In this document: positions 25,581-38,653 of the stretch, in pieces
Layout of the letters: each line of letters starts with the position of its first letter
How positions within the stretch are numbered: the first letter of the stretch is position 1
From: Azolla caroliniana
Lineage: Eukaryota; Plantae; Polypodiophyta
Assembly: GCA_043228905.1 (NCBI GenBank)
Contig: JBHGNT010000002.1
Span: forward strand, 7,750,001 to 7,814,000
Direction: 5' to 3'
Length of the DNA stretch: 64,000 bases
The notes under the pieces: generated by a model
What the model was told of the DNA's origin: nothing
The model's database searches: none
Seen by the model: only the letters and a program-made list of their open reading frames with translations
Position numbers and translations under genes: made by a program

Positions 25581-26291
25581 TGTCATGAAGATTTTCGGCC
25601 ACTGTGAGAAAACTGGATGGATTGGGCTAATTTGGCAAAGTGCACCATGTGCACTTGTACATTCGAAAATGTATATAGGAATAAGAAGGGAAAAGTGAAG
25701 GGCGAAGAGGGCGCATGTACAGTTAATGTGTCATAATTGCACTTGCATACATAGTGGGGTTTGAAGGTGAGGGGATTAAATGTATTTCTCCCATCACCAC
25801 TCTGGAAATCATGGGAAGATATCTCCTCTGAAAAAGAGGAATATCTATCCCACATTGTAACGTCCTTCCCTCCTTGTACTCTAAAAGGAGGGAGGGCTCT
25901 CTTATAAAAGGGTTCCACGTTTTTCTTTTGTTCATCGTCTTGGTTTGGGGTATTGTTTTGGGTTGAGTATTCGTATCCGTTTAGGGTTTAGGTTCGCTAT
26001 GGTTTCATGCGCTCCAAAGGTTCTAGCATAGCTTTGTCTCCTACGCAAGACCCCACTCGGTGCGATGAGCCCGAGAGCTCCCCAACTTGTGGCTTGGCTG
26101 TAGACAATTGCTACATCCGTTATGTTTGGACCAACTCGAAGCTGGCGTTGTAATTTGTTGCCTTGTATATACTTTACAGGAAATTGTGCATATACTGTTG
26201 TCATAAAGGGATACAAACGATTGGTGCCACCACGATTCCACACTTGCCTCAACTACAACCACGCATTTCGACTTGGTTCGGTGACCCAACA
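25581..26291 (+). mobile_element. Solo LTR, family D
   Basis: TGTCATGAAG..AACA, near-TSD CTCAT/CTCCT, homologous to 54480-55248. Confidence 0.75.
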
Positions 26292-26585
26292 CTCCTTGCA
26301 GATCCACCTGATTCGACTCATTGGAGTTGATTTACATTCTAGACTCAAAGTTCTTTAGTATTATTGTTCTTAGGGATTTATTTGCATTATTTTGGAACAA
26401 ATGTTGTGTAGTCAAGACCATGTAATTTATTTCATGTGCACCATATAATGCACATGCAAAGTTTCTCTACATGTGTGCCACATAGCCCACATGCTTTATA
26501 TCGTGCACATGCACAAGCTTCTCTAGGTGTGTGCCACGTGGCCTACATGTAAAGACATCAATTTAGTATAAGAGGGGAGGATTAT

Positions 26586-26970
26586 TGTCATGGAGGGGGG
26601 GGGGAACAATCAAAGAGTCCTAATTTGTAAAGGGTTTTCTCTCGAAGAAACAGTGAATTTCTTATTTTGGCATTTCTTCTTTATCTGCGTTTGAGGAGTA
26701 GCGTTGTACGGTATTTTCTTCATAACTCTCAATTCTGATGTCTGTCTTCGACATTCTATAGCTCCTTGGAAAGCTCTTCTAGAGGGCTTTCCAATCTATG
26801 TTTGCACACTTAATTTTGCTACGTAGGTGGACCGATATAAGGTTTTTTGTCTTCGCAGGTAGGGTTGCAAACCACTCATGACTATTGAGATACTTCCGGC
26901 TCGACTTCCCACTCTTCTCTTTCATCTTCTTATTTCCACTCTCCTAGTTCAGAACTCCAGCTGTAGTCAT
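26586..26970 (+). repeat. Partial LTR preceded by a PPT (AAGAGGGGAGG)
   Basis: TGTCATGG follows the purine tract. Shares the GAAAGCTCTT..CTTTCCAATC motif with the Tat-like LTR. Right end undefined. Confidence 0.5.
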
Positions 26971-28791
26971 CTATAGTCATCTGGATGCACACAGAGGTAA
27001 AGGAGCTCTCAGAAGCTTATAATTCATGGGAGGCCTTCGAAGAGGCGCTCCTGCAAGCATATCAAGGACGGCTGAAAAACCAAGGACAATGCGACTTCAA
27101 CCAGTGGGTAGCATTGACAAAGACCCACCGGGGCACAACAAAGGTGTTCCTAGAGTTCAGGCTGCACTTTGCTCGGCTCCTAGAGCAGGAACAAAAACTA
27201 GTGGGAGTGGATAAAGTCCTACTATTTGTTAGGTCGATCGACCAAGTGGAACGGGGGGCCATTAGAATCGAGATCAAAGACGAATATGAAGCAAATGGCC
27301 TTATAGACAGCTGACAGAAGTCGAACGAGTATGCCGACGGTCGGACAAGGAGTGGTCTGCAAGAGGTAAAGGGAAGATGATGCACGACAATGCACTATCA
27401 CAATAGGAAGTGGTTGTGCGACGAGATAGATCGGTGAAGCTCTACGTCAAAGCCTTGGTCTTGGAAGCATACAAGGCTCTAAAGGCAATGATCGAGGAAG
27501 AGGAGAGATCCAACACATAGTTGGATTCTAGAGATTCAGAGCTAGTCGGCCTTCCGAACGAGATAGACGTGGCCCATGCGGGGACTAGACGATGGTACAA
27601 CGGTACCACAGGAGAGGCTGTGGAACAATGCACCCTCTCGACTAGAGGAGAAAGAACAACTGAGGATAAGGTTGAGATCAAAGAGGTGATGATCGCGGGT
27701 ACGGAAAAGGACCGATGGCTTCAGGCATGGTTGCTCGATACTGCGGACATTGGAGAAGCAAGTGTAGTTGGGGCTTGCGTGATTGAAGAAGAGATAGCTA
27801 CCGACTGCCACATCAAGGAGTTGGCGGCTATGGATAAGTTGACGGAGGGTGAAGTTACAAAGTCGTTCCCCACACCAGTTCCGGAGACTTCAGTGGTCAC
27901 GCTTGTCAGCCAATGTGAGACAGGAGAGATGGAAGGTGGCAGGAATGCCGAGGAGGAGGACAACAATGAGTCAGAGGTCGGACAAAGATGTCCCTCCATA
28001 CTGATTCCGTAGACATCGGCAGTCTAACCCGGGTGCCGACGGGAGACCGGAGAGAAGGAATGTGGTAGCAAGGCGATATGGTCAGAGGGAAGTACGAAAG
28101 GAGGCGGAGATTCGAAGAACGATCCTAGGTGTCTTCTCACACTTGTTCGGGAGACTTTGGCGGTTCAGCTAGAGAAGGAAGGTGGCGGTGGGAGACTAGG
28201 AATCGACGATGCAGTGAAGTACGAACGGAGTGGTCCCTCCACACCGAGTCCGGAAACTTTGGGAGTCGAGCCCGAGTGCCGACGTGAGACCGGAGAGATG
28301 GAAGGTGCAACAAGGAGTCTTGGCATGATGCCAGTGAAGATGGATGGGAGACGGCCTACGAGAAGGCCAAGGACGAAGCCGCAACGGAACAAAATGAAGA
28401 GGCGAGAGGCGACGTTGAAAGGAATGGAGTCGGAACTCGGCCCTATCGAGGATCAATCCAGTCAACATCTTGATTCGGATAGAGTGTGATCCAAACATGG
28501 ATCGTTCGGCCAAAACTGGCCTGAGATAAGAACCAGGGCGAAGGGGAAGTAGTGGCCAATCAGGAAAGGACAAGTTTGGATGAAATTTGGGTCAGAGGAA
28601 TCGAGACCAGTGGACGCGGATAAGGGGTTGAGTAGGGTTAGTGGCCATGACGAGAAGACTCCAGAGGGATCCTCCACGCCTAGCCTAGAGATTTCAGTAA
28701 TTGTGTACCAATGTAAGACCGAGGAGATGGAAGGTGGTGGTGAGGGGATGAAGGTCGCAGCAAACAAATGCACTGAAGGAGTCGAACGGGG
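26971..28791 (+). pseudogene. Degenerate family A/B-like gag followed by low-complexity E/G-rich repetitive sequence
   Basis: HTEVKEL..SWEAFEEALL..DKVLLFVRSID resembles the element B gag. GAGACCGGAGAGATGGAAGGTG recurs downstream. Confidence 0.6.
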
Positions 28792-28885
28792 TGTCAGGAA
28801 TAGTATTGAGACTAAGAAGAAATTAGTACTAAGATAGGAATATTAGTAATAAGAGGAATAGAGGGTGTAGAACACTCGAGAGAAG

Positions 28886-28916
<31 letters not shown>

Positions 28917-29433
28917 TGATGATGATAATGATATATTATGTGAGAAGAATATACAAGGAAGGCTGGGAGGCTTAAGATTAGCGTTGAACCGATTTGGTTC
29001 GAAATAATGCCTTGTGCCTCCTTTTATAGTATTCTCAGGAGTAGTCCTGAAGCTTCTAGAATGTTCCAGAGAAATCTGGAATATAAATTCATTTTCTATA
29101 GTAAAACTTATATAAAAATGGACAATATCCAATGTATTACAATAGATTGTGTAATGGTCAAGAGCTCGACCCATGTAACATAAGGTCATGGGTTCGAGTC
29201 TTACCATACCATGACACTATCCCCCTTTTAAAACGACGAGTGTCACGAGTCGTTTTGGATTGAGAACCCAGTTTATCTGGATATTGACGATGGAAGTCTT
29301 CAAGAAGAGACAAGCATTGGTCACGTTCTGTATTGGTTCCCAAGTACGCTCATTGGGACTATATCCTAGCCAATCGACTAAATAGTAGAGCTTGTTGCGA
29401 ACAATCTTGGAATCGAGGATGGCAGCAACCTCG

Positions 29434-29754
29434 TACTCAGGTCCATCTTCAAGTTCGATCAGGGGTGGAGGTTCTGGAATATGTCCTGGGATGGTGCGGT
29501 CTTGATAGGGTTCGAGGAGAGAACTATGAAACACCGGATGTACTCAGGTCCATCTTCAAGTTCGATCGGGGGTGGAGGTTCTGGAATACGTCCTGGGATG
29601 GTGCGGTCTTGATAGGGTTCGAGGAGAGAACTATGAAACACCGGATGTACTCAGGTCAATCTTCAAGTTCGATCAGGGGTGGAGGTTCTGGAATACGTCC
29701 TGGGATGGTGCGGTCTTGATAGGGTTCGAGGAGAGAACTGTGAAACACTAGATG
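29434..29754. repeat. 107-bp tandem triplication in E pol, just before the chromodomain
   Basis: TACTCAGGTC recurs at 29434, 29541 and 29648. Confidence 0.9.
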
Positions 29755-30310
29755 TATGCGAAGTTGAGGGGTAGATCGAGACGAAAAGCGACATCATTAA
29801 TCTTACCGATAATCCAACTTCTCGCATGGGCGAGTAGTCTTGATGTGTCGTCGGAGTAGCCATACTCGATCTCCAATGTTAAAACTGAATGGAAGCTGAT
29901 GAAGATCCACGTAAACCTTGTGTATTTGTTGAGCTTGGTGTGGATGAGTAGATAAATCTACTTGTATCTTGCGTAACCGCTCCAAACGATCCTCTACGCA
30001 AGGATTTTTGGGTAACTCTAGGGTTTCAAATACACACCACCGGGGTTGAAAACCCGTATATGCATAAAATGGTGTAACTTTAGTCGATGAGTGGACAAAG
30101 TTATTATAGGCAAATTCGGCGAAGTGGAGAATATCCACCTAGTCATCCTAATGATAGCTTAGAAAGCACCGAAGATACTGCTCTAGCGTATGATTTGTTC
30201 GTTCTGCTTGGTCATCGGTTTGCGGGTGGTAGCCGGAGGAGAGGTTACAAGTGACCTTGAGCATTTTAAAAAGGTGCTTCCAGAATTTCGAGACAAACTA
30301 GGGTCCACAG

Positions 30311-31902
30311 TGTCGTGATGTTTCTAACACATTGTGAAACCACCCTCGAAAAGAAGTAAAATAGTAGTTCAAATACACTAGTATTGTGAAGTCAACTTTA
30401 TTGGTAGAAAAAATACTTTTCCATTTTCCAAAGATAATTCCTTATAAATAAATGGTCAAAGAATTGAACATTACAATAAATAATGATGAACATTAAGTTA
30501 GAGGCGGTTTTCAAAAGTAGACAAAAGTAGAGAAAAAGATGAAGAGAAAAAAGAAGAAGCACGCGTGGATATGAGGAGCACAATAGAGAAAAAAGCTCAT
30601 AATTTCCTCGTCAGATGTCCAAATTAGAAAAGAAAAGATGCATAAGACAGCTAACCCAAAGAGGTTTCCAAGAATATCTTGCATGTGAAATTTTGGGGCT
30701 AGAAAACCGAAATAGTGAGGGAAAGAAAAGTCGACTAATATAGACAAGCTTTTTTTAGGGGAAAAAGGTAAGCAATCCTAAACCTATAAATAAGATCCTA
30801 TTCTAGTGAAGAAGGGGGGGAGGGAGAAGGAACACGGAAGCTCTACTCAATTAGAAAGTGGAAGAAGAAGGATCAACAACATCGAGAGGCATCATCAACA
30901 AAGAAACTCCTTCTATACTCCACTCTCTTCTTTCCTCCACCTCTCTTCCCCCATTCATTTATAAACAATCCTTCATATTCACGTTCAACCCATTGTAACA
31001 TGATTCTTATATTATAAAAGAATCTATTATATTGATATAAACTAATGTTTTCTTTCATCTACTTGTCTTATGTGTAAATCTTGATTGTGCTTATTTGTTT
31101 GTGTGTCTTGTGACAATGGAGCGTTTTGGCCTTGCCCATGCACCTCTCCTTTCACAAAGGCATTCAAACCTACATGTCTTATATGTTATCGTCATTTGTG
31201 CTTATTTGGTTGTGTGTTTTGTGACAAGGGAGCATTTCGGGCTTGCCCATGCACCTCTCCTTTCACGAAGGCATTCAAACCTACGTGTCTTATATGTTAT
31301 CTTCGTTTGTGCTTATTTGCTTGTGTGTCTTGTGACAAGGGAGTGTTTCGGGCTTGCCCATGCACCTCTCCTTTCACAAAGGCATTCAAACTTGCGTGTC
31401 TTGCGTGTTAGTGTAAATCTTGCTTGTGTGTTCGTGCGACTTGTGGCAAGGGAGCGTTTCGGGCTTGCCCATGCACCTCTCCTTTCACAAAGGTGTTTGA
31501 AATTGTTTCTCTCGTGTGTAAACCTTGCTTGTGTGTTCGTGCAACTTGTGGCAAGGGAGCGTTCGGGCTTGCCCATGCACCTCTCCTTTCACAAAGGCAT
31601 TCGAAATTGTGTCTCCCGTGTATAAACCTTGCTTGTGTGTTCACGTGTTTTGTAACAAGGGAGCGTTCGGGCTTTTGCCCATGCACATCTCTTTTCACAA
31701 AGATATTCGAAACTCTATCTCTCGTGTGTGTAAGTAAGTCTTTTCCTTGTGTGTCTGTGTGTAAGCCTTCGTCACGTACCTTCGTTTGCCTTGAGACAAG
31801 GGGTTGATTCGGGCTTGCCCATGCAACTCTCCTTTTCACAAACACGTTCGAATACTCGTGCCTTGTTTGTGTAAGCCTTCCTTGTGTTGTGCGTGTAAGC
31901 CC
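30311..31902 (+). mobile_element. Truncated long LTR (family F) with an internal 100-111-bp tandem array (about 31085-31900)
   Basis: Starts TGTCGTG, has a TATA (CCTATAAATA) and a repeated GGGCTTGCCCATGCACCTCTCCTTTCACAAAG core (about 7 copies). About 1 kb of E pol is missing at the right junction and there is no TSD. Confidence 0.65.
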
Positions 31903-33361
31903 TAGTTTTTCATCATTACCTTGTTGTGATAGAATGCTACCCAATGCAAAATCCAATGCGTCCGCTTCCATGATGAATGGTTTTTCTGGATCAACGTGAG
32001 CTAGAATAGGAGCTGATGTAAATGCCTTCTTAAGATTCTTCAAAATCCATGTCCGCTTCTTCAGACGAAACGAACAATTGACCCTTCTTAGTAAGTTGTG
32101 TGAGAGGCATAACAAGCTTTGAGTAATCCTATATAAACTTGTGGTAGAAATTGGCAAAGCCTAAAAAGCATTGCACATCTCGCAACAAACGCGGATTTTG
32201 CCACTCTACCACCGTTTTGACCTTACCTGGATCCATGGAGATGCCTTCCGATGAGATGACATAGCCCAGAAATTTCACCTGGTTGCACCCAAAACTACAT
32301 TTTTCTAGCTTTGTATAAAGATCATGTTCTGGAAGTCGTTTTAGTACTAACAACATTGAGAATCATGCTCTTCTTGGGTCTTCGAATAAACTAGTAGATC
32401 ATCCAAATAGATGATCAAACAAACATCCAAGAGATCTCGGAATATCTCATTTGCCATGTGCTGGAAGACTGTTGGCGCATTAGTGAGGCCGAACGGCATG
32501 ACGATATACTCGAAGTGCCCATATCGGGTGCGAAACACGGTATTCTGGTTGGATCCGTACGAGGTTATATGCTCCCCGTAAGTCGATCTTCATGAAGAAC
32601 CTTGCACCATTGATCTGTTCTTAAAGACTTGAGATAAGGGGAAGTGCATACCTATTTCTGATGGTGACCTTATTCAAGCCACGGTAATCTACAACGAGAC
32701 GAAGTCATCCATCCTTTTTCTTGACGAAGAAAATGGGTGCGCCGGCTGGAGATTTCGAATGCCGAATGAAAACATTTTCCAATTTCTCCTCTATATAGGC
32801 TCAAAGGAATTCTAGCTCGGTTGGTGACAAATTGTAAATCGGTCCCCATGGTGGCTCTTTTCCTAGTTGTAAATCGATGGGGCAATCATACGGTTGATGG
32901 TGAGGAAGCATATTGGTGTCAGAGGGTTTTACTGATATTGCGAAGAGAAACATTTCTTCCTTGCGTCCTTCTTCCCGTAACTTATGTAGTGAAATGGTTG
33001 TAATCTTATGAGTAGATCCTCGGGCTTGTTGATACCGGATTTCTCTTGTTCTCCAGTTTATGTCTAGGTTATGTAATTCGAACCATGGTAATCCTAAAAC
33101 AATGGGATGTTCTGGGATACTAATTATATTAAATGATACTACACACGCTAGATTATCTTGGACAATATTAACGGGCTCTGACTCTTCTATGATATTTCTG
33201 AAAGCAATGGGACGACCATCAATGACTACTATAGAGGCTGGACACGGGAGTTTTCTGAGAGATACTTCATGAGCTTGGGCAAAATTCCTATCCATGAAGC
33301 AAGAATTAGCTCCGGAATCTAGAAGTGCTAAGACATGTGCTAGAGGGGTACTTTTAGTACT

Positions 33362-33658
33362 GGGTGAAAGCATGCGAATGGAAACACTATTATAGCTATT
33401 TAGCTGGTAAATTGACCACAGCTAAATAGTTTTTTTTATAGCTAATTTTTAGTAGGAAGATCTTAAAGATACGTATCATTTATGATGGGGATGGAAATAT
33501 TACCATTTATGGTCCACCGTTTAGCTAGTCTTTATTTGAGATCAAATTCTAATCATCCCTAAAATTGCCAAAATATACAGATTACATGTAGCTAATTAGA
33601 TAGCTAATTAGCTATGTCAAGGACATAGCTAATTGTTCCCATTCCCATGCTTTCACCC
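33362..33658. mobile_element. 297-bp MITE with GGGTGAAAGCATG TIRs and 4-bp TSD (TACT)
   Basis: TIRs of about 25 bp (first 13 perfect). The empty site is visible in element C (TTTTAGTACTAACT). Internal TAGCTA subrepeats. Confidence 0.9.
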
Positions 33659-35379
33659 TACTAACTATTACTTGGGCTACGAACACATTGCTAACTTGCT
33701 TAGAGGGAATGGAACCACTAATGGGCTGCACAAATCCAGGGTTGTCCAACCAAACGACTCCTATTTCGGCTAGACTTAGTCGTTTAACTCTTCTTCTAAC
33801 TGACTAAGGATATCAAATTTGTTCACTAGATTTGGGCTATTAGTACTATTAGGACCATCACATATTCCTACTGAAATAGACTCGGGTTTAGTACAATTAG
33901 AACTAGCAACTATTTGGTTTACCTGTCTTCTTGGCCTATGGGGACAATTTATTGCAATATGCCTTGGTCCACCACAATAAAGACATAGTCGATTTGCTCG
34001 ACGTTGTTGCTTTTCTTCTTCCGTTAATGGTCCGTGACAACGTGTAGTGTCAATCTCCACCGGAGTCGGAGTATTCATTGGAGACGCATTATATGACTCC
34101 CTCGAAAAAGGTTTTGCTACCACTGAGGCGTAGGTGGGCTTTGATCTTGCCCTCAGCATCTATAATTGCCGTTCCGAATGTCGTTCGAAAAGGTGGTTGT
34201 CGCATCTCACCGCATGACTGATTGCTTCTTTTAATGACTTTGGTTCTTCGGGGAAGGTCAAGAGTAAATCCTTGACATCGTTGCGTAAACCATAACGAAA
34301 TTGCTCCATCAATGCTTGATCATCCCAAGGGATATCGGCGGTGAGTAGGTAGAAATCTGCAACATATGCGGAGGCTGGACGATCACCTTGGCGTAATTGT
34401 CGGATTTTGTTGATTGTTGTCCTAATGCTGTCAATATCTCCAAAACAGGCTTTAAACTCACTTATAAATTCTTCAAAAAAATTTAGTAATGGAGATTCCT
34501 TTTCTAACAATGGAGCGAGTCATGCCAATGTTGAGCCACAAAGTAGAGTGCCTACTAGTCCAACTCGTGATGCATTGGTGGGATACCAAGAAGAATGCAT
34601 TTGAATCACTAAACGTACCTGATTCAGAAAACCTCTAAACTGTGATCGGGTCCCATCAAATTTTGCAAGAAGACCGATCTTGGGTTCTTTGTGAATCCCT
34701 TGAGTGCTTGATCCTTGGTGTTGCAATGATACAATAGTTGCTTCAAGTTGTTGTACACGTAATATCAGCTCCCCGTGTTGTTGTTGTTTTTCCAACGCTA
34801 TTTGTTGAAGATCCCCCAACAAACGGTGATTTTCTTGTTCTAGTGCTACAAATTTCTCTTTTAAGCACTAGAGCTCCAAGAAAACATATTGGTATTCCTG
34901 AGTGCTAACAGTTTCCATTTTACTAGGGAGAATAAGAGGATTAGTATGAAGGGAAAAAAGGGGTAAGAAGATGAGGGAAATCGGAAACCACGTTCGCGTT
35001 CACAAGTGGAAGGATTGCACATAAATGGAAGGGTAAGGAAAATTTTGGTTGATTTTATGGCTTTTTCAATGATTTTACAAAACACATTGATACCAATATG
35101 ATATATGTTCAAACATACTATGAAAAAGGTTAAAAATCCACTATTTTCGTTATTTAGAAGTAACTAAAAAAGGAGGAATTTCAAAAAGTTACATTCTCAA
35201 TTTATATCACAAACTTTACAACCAATGTTATTTTATAAGAAATGATTTTTAGAAATCATAAGAATTCAAAACACATGCTTTTATATTACTCGATTTGTTA
35301 CAAGCGGAATGTAGTTACACTTAATAGCCAAAAATACATTCATGATCACTCCTTTACGGAGAATCACCACTATAACTAA

Positions 35380-38121
35380 CTAATATACAATGACGATTCC
35401 TCCTCGTCATCCTCGGATGTACCAATCAATGCATTATCTTCGTCATAAACCAAATGGTTTGACTCTAGATTATATGTAGTAGATCTCGTTTGCCTTTGAC
35501 TCGAGCCACCTTGTAGACCTGGTAATTTGTCTTTTATTATATCTATTGTTGACTTCCTTAATCATCTGGCTTTTGTAAGCGTGAAGTCATACACGATGAT
35601 ATCGACATCAGAGATATCAAGGGTCGAGGTGTTATGAATGTTTCGCTTCCTCTTCCTACCTCCCCTTATTGTTGGGCATTCAATCATCTCCAATGTATAC
35701 TTACCTGTAAAAGCATTTGCACTTCTAGTGTTGGACCAATGAACGTTTATAGACTTGATCGTGTTTTCTATTTCATGCATTGGCATTTCTAGAATTTTAC
35801 CAACCCAAAATTGGTGGCCATGTGAGTTCTCATCAGCCGGCGTTGCAATCAACATCCCCGCCGTGAGCTCTTGCAAATTGCCTTGCTAGCTAGGCTCGGC
35901 TGCTTTGGTCATCCTTGGTCCCACATAAATGTCTCTTTGTTGTGGATGGACCAAACCGTCATTAATCGCATTTGCTGGTTGTTCCGGAGTTTTATTTACA
36001 CCATCATGTTGCAGCGTCCATGTGAATGGCGTTTCCAAATTCCAATTATCACCAAATACACAATTGTCTATAATTCCTTTCTAATCACTATAAAATACAT
36101 CCCACCATGACGTGTCTTGTTGTGCGTCATATTTCTTGGCGGCCTCAATATGCTTTCTTTTTTCTTCTAAGGCTTGGAGCCATAACCGTTTTTGTTCCAA
36201 AACCAAGTCACTATGCAACTGTCCTTTCTTCTCAATTAGCATTTGCTTAGCTCCATGGACAACTGTACTCAGCATACAAAGTAATAACTGGCAACCACCT
36301 TTAGGTTCCCATGTTGTAGAAGATGAATATTGTTTAGCATACAAAAGCGTAGAACCACTTATTTCATTTTTCTTTATCATAAAAATATGGTTGAAGCTTA
36401 TATTGTTTAACTAGGCGAGCACTTTAACATTCCCAACACCCCCATCTGATATATATCTCTTAAAGTCATATACCTCTTCAAGTGTAACACTTTTGGGCGT
36501 GGTGTATATGCATCACAAATGACATCAAATAGTTTAGGTAATGTGAAAGCATCATGCCGAGACAACTATTTGGAGAATGTGCTTAACATCTGATCTATAT
36601 GATCATGTGTGTGGCCAACCAAAAGAAAATTGACTTTCACTTTTCTAAACAATCCTTGGTTGACCACCATACTTAGATAGCCAAACACAGTTGAATTTTT
36701 GTTCTCTCTAGCAGTATTTTCCAATTGAATGTATAGAACAGGGGGGAAAGATTGGCCCCAAGACATCAAAACTCCGTGAATCACTGTAACTGTTAGGTTA
36801 GGGTCATTGTGAACATTGGGGTATGTAATGAAGACGTGGGGTCCAAGTAACCTATTATAAGCCAAACATCCCACCAAGTGCATTTGAACAAGGCACTCAT
36901 CATTGACGTCTTTGGGGAGCCTCCGCATATGCGGCAAGCACGTCTTCTTCTGGTCCATGCCATCTATCACCTCTTCAAACACTTCTCTCTATGATGCATC
37001 GCCTTCTTTCGTTCTAACAATTGTGGCTCACGATGCTCTTGTAGTAACTTCTTAGTCATATCCTTTTCCATTGATGTCTTTGCACCTATAGCCAAACTTT
37101 TAAGATTTGCACAAATGGAGCAATACCCCATGTGTACTTTACGTGGAATGATAACATTTGAAAGCTGAGCTCTCCATAATCTTGTGAATTGGCTATATGT
37201 GACAGACTTATTACGTGACCCCACCATATCAGATCGATAGACATCATAAACTTCTCGACGTGTGTAATTATCAGAGAGGTGCATCCTACCTGTAGTGGGC
37301 ATTACTTCACAATTTAACTGAAAGTAACTTTTCATCCAACCAATACCATGTCTTCCAATTGCACCTTTCATACTTGGAACCTCTTTACAATTGAGCATCT
37401 GATCCCCGCCAAGTAGACGTTGTTGTACTCTATGTAGCCGCATGTTACTAACACATAATGCAATTTTAAATGCAACTCTACATATCTGTTGCGCATGGAA
37501 GATATAATACTCGAATGATACTTTGATCCCCGTACATTTGTGAGACACTAGTTGCATATGTGACCCGAGATAATTGTCTTGCTCATCACCAGTCATCGAA
37601 AAATAGTATCGCCTTAATTCTCGCAACTTTGATTTTCCAATCATAGACATACAACCATGGGCACAACATATTTTTTTGACATAAAATCCAATCTGTTTAT
37701 CTGATGTCACCAAGTTAAATCTAGCCAGACGAATTCTTCATGGGATTCTTCTAATATGCATAGGGCTTCCAAATTTCTCTTCCTGCATAGAAGTTGGTGT
37801 AACATTGTTACTATTCAATTCTTTGTTGTGACCATCGCCCATGATATTTGATGTTTCATTGGCACTACCTTCATTCTCCGTATCTTTATTAATATCGTAT
37901 TCTTCAATAGAGAACTCTTCACATGTGTCATTAATCACATTCGTTGTAAGTGAAGATGAGCTCAAACAATACTCTTCGATAGAATATGGTGAGTTTGTCG
38001 ATTGACAATATTCCTCAATAGAAAATGGTGAGTCTGTCGATAAACAATACTCTTCGGTAGAAAACGAAGAGTCTAATGACAAACAATATTCTTCAATCGA
38101 GAACGCTGAATCTTCACTCAT
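35380..38121 (-). pseudogene. DDD-type transposase (Sola-like / DUF7869-type) with stops and frameshifts
   Basis: CCxxxC, CSIC, IDGMDQKK, LYIQLENTARENKN and FLLVGHTHDHIDQM motifs across ORFs 37738-38121, 36967-37713, 36566-36982, 36081-36380 and 35562-35876. The 3' end is approximate. Confidence 0.8.
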
Positions 38122-38653
38122 GGCTTAAGGTCCACACAGAGCTCTTTAAGTTATGTGCTTAGGCTAACATAAAAACTGATAAGCTCCTCTCTAAACATAT
38201 ACTCCTCTCTAAACATAAACTCCTCTCTAAATAGAAGCTCCCTCAATATAATGTCTATATTATTTAATATTATATTAATAAAATACATAAATATATTATT
38301 TTTAATATAATAATTGTATTCAACATATTAATAATTACTTAAACTAGTTTGTATAAAGTTAAATCAAGTAAAATATAATTACAATCATTACCAAGCCATA
38401 TATATGTTGGATTAAAGTTAAAATCATTGGTTAATTAATGGCACCCATATTTAATATAGAACTTCTCAATCATTGGTTCATTCATGCCAACCATTAAGAA
38501 TATAAGACTTTTCAATCATTGGTTCATTCATGCCCACATCTTTAATGCAAAGCAATTAAGAGTCATAAAAATGTTGCTTTGAGTAATCAATCATTGGTTC
38601 ATTCATGAACCTTTATCGTTGTTTCCTTCCTGAACTTCAAAATCATTGTATGT

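Larger units (their letters stand above)
19231..26360 (-). pseudogene. Old Gypsy integrase C-terminal relic, split by element C and a solo LTR (pieces 19231-19747, 25433-25575, 26297-26360)
   Basis: KLAPRFCGPF motif. The integrase-like sequence continues across both insertions. Confidence 0.7.
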
